NCBI GenBank assembly: GCA_900088475.1
Contig: FLMG01001949.1
Location: 3,800-67,799 of the forward strand
Direction: 5' to 3'
Source of the DNA: Hyphochytrium catenoides
Lineage: Eukaryota; Protista; Hyphochytriomycota
DNA length: 64,000 nt
The notes beneath the pieces were generated by a model. The model was given only the letters and a program-made list of their open reading frames with translations. It had not been told where the DNA came from and did not search any database. Positions 39,971 to 51,943 of this stretch are shown here, piece after piece. Position 1 is the stretch's first letter. Each line of letters opens with the position of its first letter. Position numbers and translations under genes: made by a program.

Positions 39971-41602
39971 ATGGCCAACTACCAGTTCTCTGAGGTGCAT
40001 GGGTCCAAGGATGGCTTGTCAGCAGAAAAACAGAAAGGTATCTACTCGCTAAAGGAGTTACGAGCAAGTACTGAGACGATTCTTAAGCTTGGCAAAGGTT
40101 AGTTCACGCATCACTGCGATCGCTTTTTACTCTTCGCTTCTGCTATTCACGTCTAAGATCGAACTTGTTTGATTCTAGCCGGTGACTACAAAGGTCTCGA
40201 GCGCTATATCAAGGAACTGCGAAAGAAAGGGTCATATGATGACGATGCAGAAGTGGTCAAAGGGTTCCGAGACAGCAATCAAAGAACTTTCATACACTTC
40301 GCGGCTGCTGAAGGCAAGACAGCAGCTGTTCGATATGTGTTAGAAAAGGTAGCACCTGATGCTGTTAGCTGGGCTGACGCTGAAGGAGCTATACCTCTCC
40401 ATTATGCAGTCAGTGGTGAGCATCTGGATGCTGTTCAGCTCTTACTTGAGAAGGGATCAGACATTTGCCGGCCGAAAACCTCAGGAACTACACCTCTTCA
40501 GATAGCTGCACAGACGGGCAATGCCGAACTCGTCAGGTTTCTTTTGGATAGGGGTGCGGACATCAATGCTCTAAGTGATATCGGGACAGCCCTTCACTGG
40601 GCAGTAAGAGAAGGCGCCAAAGACGTGTTGTCGCTTCTTTTAGAAAGAGGGGCAGATGCTAACAAGTCAAATCCCAGCGGTGCTACCCCTTTGGCCCTTG
40701 CTGTGGTCCTTGGTAACAGTGAGCTTGTGGGACTCCTTGTTCGGAACGGTGCAGACGTCACAATGACCGCTCCAGGTGGGCTTAATGCTTTGCACATTGC
40801 AGCTGAACTTGGTCATTTGGATGTAATTCAAGAGCTGTTGACGGCTGAAGATGACAGAGTGGATGCTGCTCTGCGAGCTACGTCGGACGGTGGCTTGGTC
40901 CCATTACAGCTGGCGGCCGTAGAGGACAACAGGGAAATCGTTGAACTCCTTATGAAGAGGTCTCCCTTCTTACATCATCACCACACTCAGACACCAGAAG
41001 ATATCGTGATGAGAGAGAAAGAGCTTCAAAAAATGAAGCAGCAAGGTACACAATTTGACGACATCCATGGCACCGAAGTGTTGGACAGCCGACTAACCCC
41101 CTCGCAACCCTGCTATTTGCCATGCACAGAACAAAAGGTAGAACAGGAACCCAGTGAGAATGACGAGTTGGAATCTCTCCGGAAACCACCGTCGGACCCA
41201 GAAGTAATTGAGAGGGCTGAGAAGATAAAGGCAAAGGGAAACTTAGCCTTTGTCAAAAAGAACTTTGAAGAAGCATTGCAAGACTACTCAGAAGCCATTG
41301 AACTCAATCCAGCGGATCCAGTATTCTACTGCAATCGGAGTGCCTGCTACTTGGAGCTGAAACAACCCGAGGAAGCCCTTAAGGACATTACCCTGTGCAA
41401 GAAATTGAAGCCGGAGTGGTCCAAAGCTAGCTATAGAGAAGGAAAAGCTCTTGAAGCACTGCAGAGGTATGAAGATGCAGCCTATGCTTATTGGGATGGA
41501 CTTCGTCTAGATTCAAAAAACAAAACGCTAAGTGTGGCTTTCCAGCGAGCCATCAGCCTTGCTAGAGAGCAGGTGCAAGCAGAAACGAATGTCAAAAGTT
41601 AG
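39971..41602 (+). CDS. Ankyrin-repeat + C-terminal carboxylate-clamp TPR protein (probable Hsp70/Hsp90 co-chaperone)
   Basis: About 7 ankyrin repeats (G.TPLH.A...G....V..LL..GAD) followed by three TPRs (KAKGN..F...YSEAI...FYCNRSACY...WSKASYREG). Short first exon from ATG 39971 with an intron at about 40097-40178. Confidence 0.88.
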
Positions 41603-42502
41603 ATCAACAAATAATGCGGAAACATCATGAATGCTAGTAGCTGCCGCGAAAGCACCAAACGACTGATAAGCACTGACAAGCCTGTCTTGCCTTCATAGAG
41701 TCAGCTATCTCCCTATGTAGGCTTCTTATGGTCTCTGGTCTCTCCCTCTTGAGGTTGCTCCTTTCTGAGGTTGATTGTGATCTGGCAGCCTCTGGCTTGC
41801 CGTCCTACAACTCTCCTTTCCATCTCAGTCTTTACTAGTTGCTCCAGCCGCTAAGGCGGAAGCTCTATCGGTCGTGGTGGGCTCATCATGTTACATCGCC
41901 CTTCGCAGCTTGTCCTTTGCTTCTGGTTTGTCAAGGATTCTGATCCTCCATACAACTACAACGCACCACTAAGAAGGTATGAATTGTATTCAGAACAAAC
42001 CCCATTGTGTTCCTTAAGCCTTGGGGAAGCGGAAGGGCGTTAGCGGCTAAATTTATAACGCCCAACCTGTTGCTTTTGGGCTCTGGTTATTTGGATAGAG
42101 AGGATGGAGCCAGAGGAGTCAGAGAGCACCATCTCTCTGTGGACCGGAGCAAGTGCACCGACACGAGCTAGAGTCCATAAGGCTCCATCAGCTAAGCTGT
42201 TCGCCTCTCCTTAAAATGCTCCGAGGCATCCTTATCCCGTACCTTATTAGGCTAACTGATTAATGGGTTGACGAGTTCCTTGACGTGCATCATGTCTTTT
42301 GGTCGGCTGCCTCTTTGAGATACCAGTATCAGTCATGGGTACCATTAGGCCCCTAGGGGTTGTAAGCTGAGCCTCAGCTAATATCCCAAGCTCGATGAAG
42401 TCTCCTAGGCGAACATCACCATGGCGACTCGGCGAGTGACTTCTTTTTTTGGGTGTCTCCAGTCCTAGACAGTATCCTCTTGGCACAGCGTGCTAGACAA
42501 GA

Positions 42503-44048
42503 ATGGAAGGAAAGTCATCACACACCGTCGAGGTGTACTCACCAGCCTACTGGAAGCAATGGAAGGCTAGAAGCACCATCTATCCTCCGCAAGCTCCTCA
42601 ACTGTTTAAGGAGGTTTCACATCCGGAGTGCGCTCCGGTTTCAGCTGCCACTGGCGCTGCTTCCGAGATCGTTCCTGCTACTTCCGTAAGTTTATCCGAA
42701 GCCTCCAATTCCAGCAACAACTCTACGACCCCACACCAAGATGGCGCTAGTGCTAATCAATGGGAGGGTGCTGCAAAGCAGGATGTTAGAGAGCTTCAGG
42801 ATTTGGATGAGCAAAAGTCCTTGTCCTACAGCAACCTTACCGACATTAGCGATCTCGTAGACGAAGAGGATCTGAATAACAGGTCAGTTCGGCCACTTCT
42901 GCTCCTGGTAGACGGTAGGAGGGGGCTCGTGAGACGCCTAAAGTGAAGATAACCATGTATCTGTCTCTTTAATTCGGCCTACCATCTTTAGGACTCAGCT
43001 GAAAGGAACCAAACAGGAAGCCCGCGTGGAGCTTTCAGACTTCAATTCCAGGGTCAAGTCGTCTACCAAGACAGACTTCAGCCGAGGCTCCTACCGCTTT
43101 CCCCTCCCGAGCCAGAAGATCCCTCATTGGGACAGCACTATGTACTATGATTTTGCCACAGCTAGTAACGAAGGGGTGAAAGCTCGGTCATCTCCAGCAA
43201 TCAGCAGGTTTAAGAACAAGCCTCCCCAGGTCCATGATAAGGGTACGACAGTAACTGGCGCCTGGACCAGTGCCACGGAGGAAACCGACCCGGGTTAACT
43301 GAATCACTCTGCCTACTCTATCAGGGTTTAGCTTCACCGGTGGACGAAGGTCGAACCAGGCAGTGCCACTGGGACCAGGGCCTGGTGACTATTCGCCTAC
43401 ATTAGCGGCAGCTTCTGATCGGGTCTCTCCAGTCAAGATGCTGTTCCCGAAGGCAGTAAGGACGAGTACCACTCCTCAACAAAACACTCCCGGGCCTATT
43501 TATCATCCCAAAATAGATGCCATCCGGCCCAGCGAAGGTGGTCATTGTGCCTCTCAATCATGTCCTCAGGGACAGAGATTCACCTTTCCTTCTTCAAGGG
43601 TCTTGTTCTCCATAGAGCTCCAGCCAAGTCCTAATTCCTCTGCTAAGCTCAACCTTGTCCTTTCTCATTGAAATTTCACTTCTCAGGAAAAAGTAAATTT
43701 GGCACTGCTGAGCGAACTTGCAAGCTGACAACTTCAAGCGAGTCTCCCGGCCCAATCTATGCCACATCATCATCTATTCTTCAGCCGGAGAAGGGTAGAT
43801 CATTCGCTAGTGCCAGCGACAGATCCAAGGGTCCACCAATATTAAACCTCCCACCCCCTCGGCTGCATGCTCCATCTGGGTTTGGCTTCGGTTGCAACCT
43901 AGACGAGCACATAAAGTACGGACAGGTATCTGGAAAGGTTGACATAAGTCTTTCTTCTCTTCCTTCTTCTTAAAAGCCCTGCTCTTGGATAAGTGTTTAG
44001 ATGGCAAGTGTTCTCAACGAGGAGACTGGGAGAACGCAGTCACGCTAG
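42503..44048 (+). CDS. SHIPPO/ODF3-like PGP-repeat protein (probably axonemal)
   Basis: Repeats GPGPGDYSP, TPGPIYHP and SPGPIYAT, with intervening F(P/G).A.R motifs (FPKAVR, FGTAER). Multi-exon; the 3' end is approximate. Confidence 0.6.
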
Positions 44049-44235
44049 AGGTAAGAGGCTATCCCAAGCTCCAGGGGCCGCGGTTGATATCTTGCCGCAA
44101 AACGTGAGATTGCTACAGATAGAGGACGTCGATCTTTGACACCGCGATGTTACATTAGAATGCAATTCAATGACTCCTGAGGAGCCCTAACTTGTGGCTT
44201 TGAGGTAGGTTAGTCGCTTTAGTAAGAAGGCTCGC

Positions 44236-45097
44236 ATGCGAGGAGAGAGAACTGGCGATAACAAGATGAAGAGCTGCCGCAACGGAGATGCGCTACTGTT
44301 GGCCTGTACTCAGCGGGATAAGGAAGCTGTGACGTTTCTTCTTTCGACAAATATTGATCTGAATGCCACGGATTATGAGGTCTGCCAATTGCCTGTCCAT
44401 TCCTGCGGTACTATCCTAACTCGAGGAATCTGTAGGGGAGCCGGTGTCTTCACATTGCTGCGTTGAGAGGGGACCTGACAATAGTGAGCCTATTAGTGGA
44501 GGCGCCAGGTTGGCTAGAAAAGCTCAGAGTAAAGCGAGCAAGAACTGATATCAATGCCCAAGACGGGAAAGGTATGTCGCTTGGGACAACTTTCTGATCA
44601 ACGTAAGCTGTCGCTTATAAGGGGTTAACATGAACGCAGGTCGAACCGCCCTCATCATTGCCTCACAGAATGGTCATTATAACATTGTGGAGTACCTGGT
44701 CCAACACGGTAAGGATCAGAAGGAGAAGGGGAGGAAACCGTAGGAAAAGGAATTCACTCTTAGCCTTGAGAGACCTTATGATACTCCATAGGATATCGCT
44801 CACGGCGTTTAGGATGCTCGCCACTAACTCTTCCTGCTCCTACGTTCTGACTGGAGCAGGTGCTGATCTTGAGCTTGAAGATAATGAGGGACACACAGCT
44901 CTCTCTGCATGTGGGAGCAATCAGAAGGTCTATCAGCTTCTTAGGCTGCACAAGGACATCAAGGAGACGGAGAAGCAGGTAAGAAGCTAGGCAGTCGAAT
45001 ACCTGGTGTTGAACCCTGAATGATCGTCAGCTAAAAAAACTCCTTGTCCATTCTCTAGCTCAAGCAGATTGAGGCAGCCAACCCCAATATAAGATAG
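44236..45097 (+). CDS. Small ankyrin-repeat protein
   Basis: Spliced: GDALLLAC..IDLNATDYE|GSRCLHIAA..DINAQDGK|GRTALIIASQNGH..|GADLELEDNEGHTAL..|LKQIEAANPNIR* (TAG 45095-45097). Start at 44236 or 44266. Confidence 0.8.
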
Positions 45098-45168
45098 GGA
45101 GTATATAACTTTGCCTCAACGCCACTATTTATTATCTTACTGTCAATGGAAATACGCTTTGAAGCTAT

Positions 45169-46979
45169 TCACAACTCTTCTTTTGCCGGCGAAGTATTGC
45201 TGGTTGCTGGGTTTTGATTGAACCGGCCGTCTTCACTGTCATTCGCAGAAGCATCCTCATCACGACGTCTGGTGCTGTCAACATTATCGTTGGCAGGCTG
45301 GTGCTTTCTCTTGGCTTCCACCTGACCACTAAGTGGCTGCTTATACACCTTCTCCATGCGAGCATTTTCAGACGATGTCTGATGCTCCTTTTCAGGTTCA
45401 TCGACGCTATGTGAAAGTGGTTCTTTGTTAACCTTCAGACTCCCTGCATCTGGTACACTATAGGTCAAACTCCTATCCTGAGTTGCGTCTTCTGGTGGCG
45501 TTTTCGCCTCTGTTGTCACCTTTTCTCCCTCCAGAAGTGGCTGTTGTAGGTTCGCAGTCCTGCTGTCTGGAGCTGGCTCTGATATTCGCTGCATTCTCCT
45601 GCTTTCAGTCTGGGTTGCCACATCTTTCTTGGACAGGGGTGAAGGTGGCTCAGGAGAAGGGATACTTACTTCCATCGGAGGAGGAGAGATGTCCTGATCA
45701 AGGGCTGTTTGAGCTAATGAAGAGGCCGGGATGATAGGAGGGAAAGACGAGGTATTGGAAGACGAGATGACTGAAGAGACTGTTCCCCCGATAGCTCCTA
45801 GCGCTGATTGAATGAGGCTAGTTGGGATGAAGAAGGTTAAGACTTTCCAGAAGAACTTGAGCCTCTTGTAAAGAATGTACGCCACCACTGAGAGAAAGAA
45901 CGCCAAGGCGAGCCCCACCAAAATTTTCTCCCTTTTGGCGCGTCGCTGTAGATTGCGGAAGAAGGGTAGCGGCGATAGAGTTAGGAGATAGATATGACAC
46001 TAGGCATGGTGAAGCCTGGCAGATTGGAGAATAAACTCACATGAAAGGTAGTGAGGAGGTTCTTGGCTTGTTGAACGGCTCCAGAAAACCCCTGGTATTG
46101 CTGCACCGTTCCTTCAAGCGTCTTCGAGCCCTCATCTAAGGGATTGCGCGGGTGAGCGCCAGGAAGCTTTAGGATTCTTTGCAATAGCAGAGGTACTGAC
46201 CAAGAACAAGGGAGACGTTGGCCACACGCTCCAGCTCTTGCGTCATCATCTGCCGGGTTCGTCTGAGGCCAGCTGTGACATCTTTTGCAATACTTATCTG
46301 CTCTTGCCTTCCCCTATTTATGATAACAACGCTCTGAGTGGACTTTCTAAATGCCAAGAAGAGGAAGGGCTTACATCATGCGGTTCCTTATGGCTGTGGC
46401 TTCACGTGCGCTATCCTTGCCATCAAATTTAGACTGCAGGAGTGCTTCCCTATCTCTTAGATATTGACGCTCTGAAGCGGCTCTGTGGTCAATTACGGCC
46501 TAAAATGTATCGGTCCTAAGCCCCAAGGGAACGCTGTAGCATAAGTTGTTTCCACATGCACATACTTACCTTATTAAGCAGTGTTGTCATCTTGTCTGCT
46601 TCGCCAGCCAACTGTCTGAGCTGATGTAAAAGTGTTTCTCTCCTGTCTCCTCTATCAACTGACTCAACAGCTTCTATTTCTGACCGCTAGCATTCGGGGT
46701 AAGGTTAGGTTACGTATTATCCCGGCTGCGAAGATGAAAGCAGACCTTAATGGCAAACTTCAGGTCTGATAGGTAAGCTCTGGCCTGTATAAGTAACTCT
46801 GAAAAGTCCTTTTTTATGTGGGGCGATTTCCTGGTGCCATCATCTGAAGCCTTGGTGCAAACTGCATCCACAATGAGCCTCGCTTGTCTCTCAGCAACCC
46901 GAACCGAGGAGATGATACTCTCTGCATCGTCGTCACTGGTATAGAGGTTACCGCCACTTCTTCCCTGTACAACCGCCAT
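45169..46979 (-). CDS. SEC20: Sec20/BNIP1 ER Qb-SNARE with a long C-terminal extension ending in KEEL
   Basis: SNARE motif AKDVTAGLRRTRQMMTQELER...LDEGSKTL..T..QY..F..AVQQAKNLL, followed by RRAKREKILVGLALAFFLSVVAYILYKRL, the typical Sec20 TM segment. Confidence 0.88.
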
Positions 46980-47638
46980 ATCTCTTTAAGACGGCTTACA
47001 CCGCCTATGAGCTACACATAAACTATCTGGCAATCACTAAGCACGGCAGCCGAGGGTCCAGTCATCTCCTCACCCTTTCTGAAAAGTGGCGATGATCTCT
47101 GAGCAAGCTTTTCTTTTCTTGATGAAGCACAGTGTCACCAACAAAGACACGGGCGATAAATAATCCACAAGCTTTCCCAAGAACTTCATCATCTGTCTGC
47201 AACCCCCCAGGAGCACGCGTTCTCGGAGAGACCTCCCCCTGGAGATAGTGCTGGGTTGGCGGGAACGTGGCTTTGAAATAATGACAGGGAATCAAGAAAC
47301 TACTGTGTGAAAGGACCACAAAGGTGTTCTGATAGGGACAACAGTCGCGCCAGCACCACTTGGTGAATGATTGTGATGGCTTTTACCGTTATTATTACAG
47401 TGCAAAGAGTTTTGGACTCCTTGCCGCACTCTGTCAGAAGCTTTTCTTGCGCTACCTGACCAGCTCCGCTTGGCTTCGCAGTGAGAATAGGACAATCTAT
47501 CAAACAGGGGACTTGGTGAGAGGTGGAAAGCCAAGAGGCGCTCCTTTCTCGCTAAAAAGCCACTTACTTCGAAATAAAATAATCGCCAACTGCTCGGCGG
47601 TTCCTTTGAACGGGGACTGTGATCTCGAATGATCCAAG

Positions 47639-50600
47639 ATGAAGGCGCCGCCAGAGAAGCCGAAAGGGCAGCCTTCTATACAAAACTTTCTCCTCGATCT
47701 GTCTAAGGGTAGTCCGGTGAAGCCCGCCGCTCGCAATCTTCAGCGTAGCGGGAGCCAGCTGTCAGGAATGACCAGTCAGGAGTCGCCGATAGAAGCCTTG
47801 TCGTCTTCTGACGATACAAGCGATCTCCTCGATGGTCCGAATACCGGGCACAGTACTTCAAAGCCTGCCAAGAGTAAGGCGAAAGCCATCCTGGGCAAAA
47901 GACTAGCAAAGGATTCCAAGGCCCCTGCGGCAGCTAAGGCAAAAGGACAATCCAGAGGACTGCGGAAGGCCAAAGCTACCGCTGGGAAACCCAGAGCCAC
48001 TGCGGCGAGAAAGAGTGTCAAGGAGGAGGAACTTGAAGACCACGATGAGGTCTTCTCTATTGGTGACTCGTCAACGCCTGACAACAGCCCAATGTCTGAC
48101 TCTGATTATAGCTATAAGGGAGAGAGCCTAAGACACAAGGCAAAAAAGCCCAAGAAGGATTCCGCAAGCGGCATTGCTGCGTCTAAAGGCAGAAAGCCAC
48201 TGGCTGCGAAGCATAAGCCTGCANNNNNNNNNNNNNNNNNNNNNNNNNNNNNNNNNNNNNNNNNNNNNNNNNNNNNNNNNNGATGAAAACAAGGCCCCAG
48301 CTCCAAAGAAGCGTAGAGTGACACAAAGTCCCACCAAACCGCTTACTGTGGAGCAGATATACCAAAAGAAGACACAGCTAGAGCACATTCTTCTGCGTCC
48401 CGACACCTACGTGGGGTCGATCACAGAGCTCACTCAGCAGATGTGGATCTATGACGATGAGCTAGGCAACTTCGCCTTCAGGGAAATCACCTTCGTCCCT
48501 GGCTTGTACAAGATCTTTGACGAGATCTTAGTAAACGCCGCGGACAACAAGCAACGGGACCCCGAAGGCATGACAGTGCTCAAGGTTGAACTGGACCAGG
48601 AAAAGGGAAGCATAAAGGTCTGGAATAATGGCAAGGGTATCCCAGTTGTGGTGCACAAGGAGCACAACGTGTACATTCCGGAGCTAATCTTCGGTCACCT
48701 ACTGACTGGAAGTAACTTCAACGACCACATGAAGAAGACAACGGGAGGAAGGAACGGCTACGGCGCCAAACTTGCTAATATCTTTTCTACGGAGTTTACA
48801 GTGGAGACGTACGACTCCAAAGAAGGGCTAAAATACAAGCAAACTTTCACCAACAACATGAGCAAAAGAAAGGATCCGAAGATCAGTTCGCCCAAGTCGA
48901 AGAGCTCTGACTACACTTGCATTATTTTCAAGCCGGACTTCAAGCGATTCGGCATGAGCGGGTTTGATAAGGACACTCTCTCGCTGATGAAGAAGCGCGT
49001 TTATGACATGGCCGGAGTCACCGACAAGAGCTTGCGTGTCTACTTAAATGGCGAGAAGATTAAAGTACAGAGCTTTCCTCAGTACGTGGAAATGTACAAA
49101 GCCGCAGCTGGCCAGTCTGATGCTCCGAAAATCTTTGAGAAGGTCAATGACCGCTGGGAAGTGGCAGTGACGGTTAGCGATGGCTCCTTCCAGCAAATCA
49201 GCTTTGTGAACGCCATCGCAACCACGAAGGGCGGCCAGCATGTGAACTATGTGACAGAGCAGATGGTGAGCAGAATCCTGGCAAGCGTCAATAAGAAGAA
49301 TAAGGACATCGCCCTTAAGCCGGCGCAAGTGCGGAACCAACTCTTTGTGTTCGTGAACTGTCTCATTGAGAATCCCGCGTTTGACTCGCAAACCAAAGAG
49401 ACTCTTACGACTACCATGTCCTCCTTTGGTTCAAAGTGCGTACTTAGCGAGAAGTTTCTCAAGAAGCTGGAAAAGAGTCCCATCGTAGATCAGGTGCAGT
49501 CTTGGGTGAAGTACAAGCAAAACCAGCAGCTGCAACGGAAAAGTGGCTCCAAATGCTCTAGACTCACGGGCATTGCGAAGCTCGATGATGCCAACTTTGC
49601 AGGCACTGCTAAGGGACAAGATTGCACGCTTATCCTGACAGAAGGAGACTCTGCCAAGGCACTGGCGCTGAGCGGCTTAGGGGTCATTGGACGTGATTAT
49701 TATGGTATATATCCTCTAAAGGGAAAGCTTCTCAACGTCCGCGAGGCCAGTCATGCGCAGATTATGAAGAATGAGGAGATTCAGCAGGTTGTCCGCATTT
49801 TGGGTCTGAAGTTTGGCAAGGAGTATCCAGACACCAAGTCGTTGCGCTATGGACACCTGATGATTATGGCAGATCAGGACCATGACGGAAGCCATATTAA
49901 GGGCTTAGTCATCAACTTTATCCACTTCTTCTGGCCCTCGCTTATCAAGATTCCAGGGTTTCTAAGGGAGTTTATCACTCCAATAGTGAAGGTCAGCAAG
50001 GGAAACCAGCACATCGCCTTCTATACCACGCCGGAGTATGATAAGTGGAAGAGTGACCCTGAAAAGTCTAAGGGTTGGTCCATAAAGTACTATAAAGGAC
50101 TTGGGACTAGTACAGCCAAAGAAGCCAAGGAATATTTCTCGGACCTTAAAAGGCACCGGATCACCTTCAAGTATAGAGGAGAGGAAGACACCAACGCTAT
50201 AGACATGGCATTCTCCAAGAAGAGGGTAGCTGAACGGAAGGAATGGCTGAACCACCACGAAGTAGGAACTCATGTCGACTACACCATAGACAGCATGCAC
50301 TATGGGGAGTTCATCAACAAGGAGCTGATCCTATTCTCCGTAGCAGACAACATCCGCTCAATCTCCCTTCTGATGGACGGTTTGAAACCTTCCCAGCGGA
50401 AGGTGCTCTTCTGCTGCTTCAAGAGAAACCTGGTGAATGAAGTGAAAGTGGCACAGCTTGCTGGTTACGTCTCTGAGCACTCTGCCTACCACCATGGCGA
50501 GGCCAGTCTAATGAGCACCATCATCGGCATGGCGCAAGGCTTTGTAGGCAGCAACAACCTTCACTTGCTGGTACCTAGTGGGCAATTTGGAACTCGATTA

Positions 50601-51919
50601 ATGGGCGGCAAGGACGCCGCAAGCGCTCGTTATATTTTCACAAGGCTGGATCCAGTGACCCGTCTGATTTTCAGGCAGGAGGATGATGCTATCTTGCACT
50701 ACCTGGACGAAGATGGCCAATCTATTGAGCCTTCCTTTTACGTACCCATTCTGCCTATGGTCTTGGTCAACGGTAGTGAGGGCATTGGCACGGGCTGGTC
50801 TTCTCAGATCCCAAACTATAATCCTCGGGACATAATCCAGAATTTGAGGCTTCTTCTAAAGGACGAGCGACCTGTACCGATGGACCCTTGGTATCGAGGA
50901 TTCGATGGTGTGATCCAGCCTAAGGATGGAGGAATGGCTTTTACGGCGAACGGCCTCTACTCTGAGGTGGATGATTGCACCATAAAGATAAGAGAGCTGC
51001 CCTTAAAGACCTGGACTTCTAACTACAAGCTGTTCTTGGAAGGCGTCCTTACCTCATCGGAAAAGACAAGCAAACTTCAGATCACCAACTTTGACGAGAA
51101 TCACACTGATACGACGGTTAGCTTCACAGTGAAGATGACTCCAGATGGCTTTAGAGCAGCCCAGACTGCACCCGGTGGCTTCTTGAGCGTCTTCAAGCTT
51201 GAGGGATCAATTTCTACTTCGAACATGAACCTTTTCAACGCTGATGGGCAAATCCAGAAGTATCAGTCCCCGATTGAGATACTGGAGGCCTTTTTCCCAG
51301 TACGGTTACAGTTCTATCAGAAGCGCAAAGACCACATGGTGCGGAAACTGGAGCAAGAGCTTGTTATTATAAAGAATAAGGTGCGGTTTATAGAGGCTGT
51401 GGTGGGCGGAGTGCTTCAGGTCAACAACAGGAAGAAGCAGGATATTGTCAACGATCTGAGTACGATGAGGTTCCACCGTGTGGATAAAAATGGCGCGTCG
51501 GTAACAGAGGACGAGGAAGAAGTAGAGCTTGGCGTCGCCACGGAAAGCGTACGGTGAGTTAAGCACATCTCGTGTACCTTTTAGCTAAGTGACACTGCTG
51601 ACATCCTTCCTTCTTTCGTGCACCTTGCTCTTCTCCCTTTAGGGGTTATGACTACCTCCTTTCCATGCAGATTTGGAGCTTAACGACCGAGAAGATCCAA
51701 AAGCTACGAGGAGATTTGGAAGCGAAAGAACAGGAGCTTAACATTCTGCAGAGTAAAACTACCCGTGATTTGTGGCTTGAAGACCTTGATGCGCTGGAAG
51801 CTGGATTGGATGATTATGATGAGCGCGTGAAAGCGGAGCAAGGAGACTTCTCCTCTCAAAGCACTAATAAGGCCAGCCGAAAGAGGAAAGCACCTTCCGC
51901 GGCCCTTAAGAGGAAGTAA
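47639..51919 (+). CDS. TOP2: DNA topoisomerase II (type IIA)
   Basis: GHKL EILVNAADN and GGRNGYGAKL; TOPRIM LILTEGDSA, PLKGKLLN, IMADQDHDGSHI; catalytic Tyr in AASARYIFT. One intron at about 51554-51642. The N-gap at 48224-48281 lies in the N-terminal extension. Confidence 0.97.
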
Positions 51920-51943
51920 CCACCGGGATGTAGTGTAACATGG

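Noticed and set aside
48174-48290. Apparent frameshift between the TOP2 N-terminal ORF and the core ORF
   Set aside because: The switch coincides with a 58-N assembly gap of uncertain true length, so there is no evidence for programmed frameshifting.
565-51919. Stop-codon reassignment or non-canonical splicing as the cause of ORF fragmentation
   Set aside because: The breaks I traced resolve with GT-AG introns in the correct phase, and TAA, TAG and TGA all serve as real terminators.
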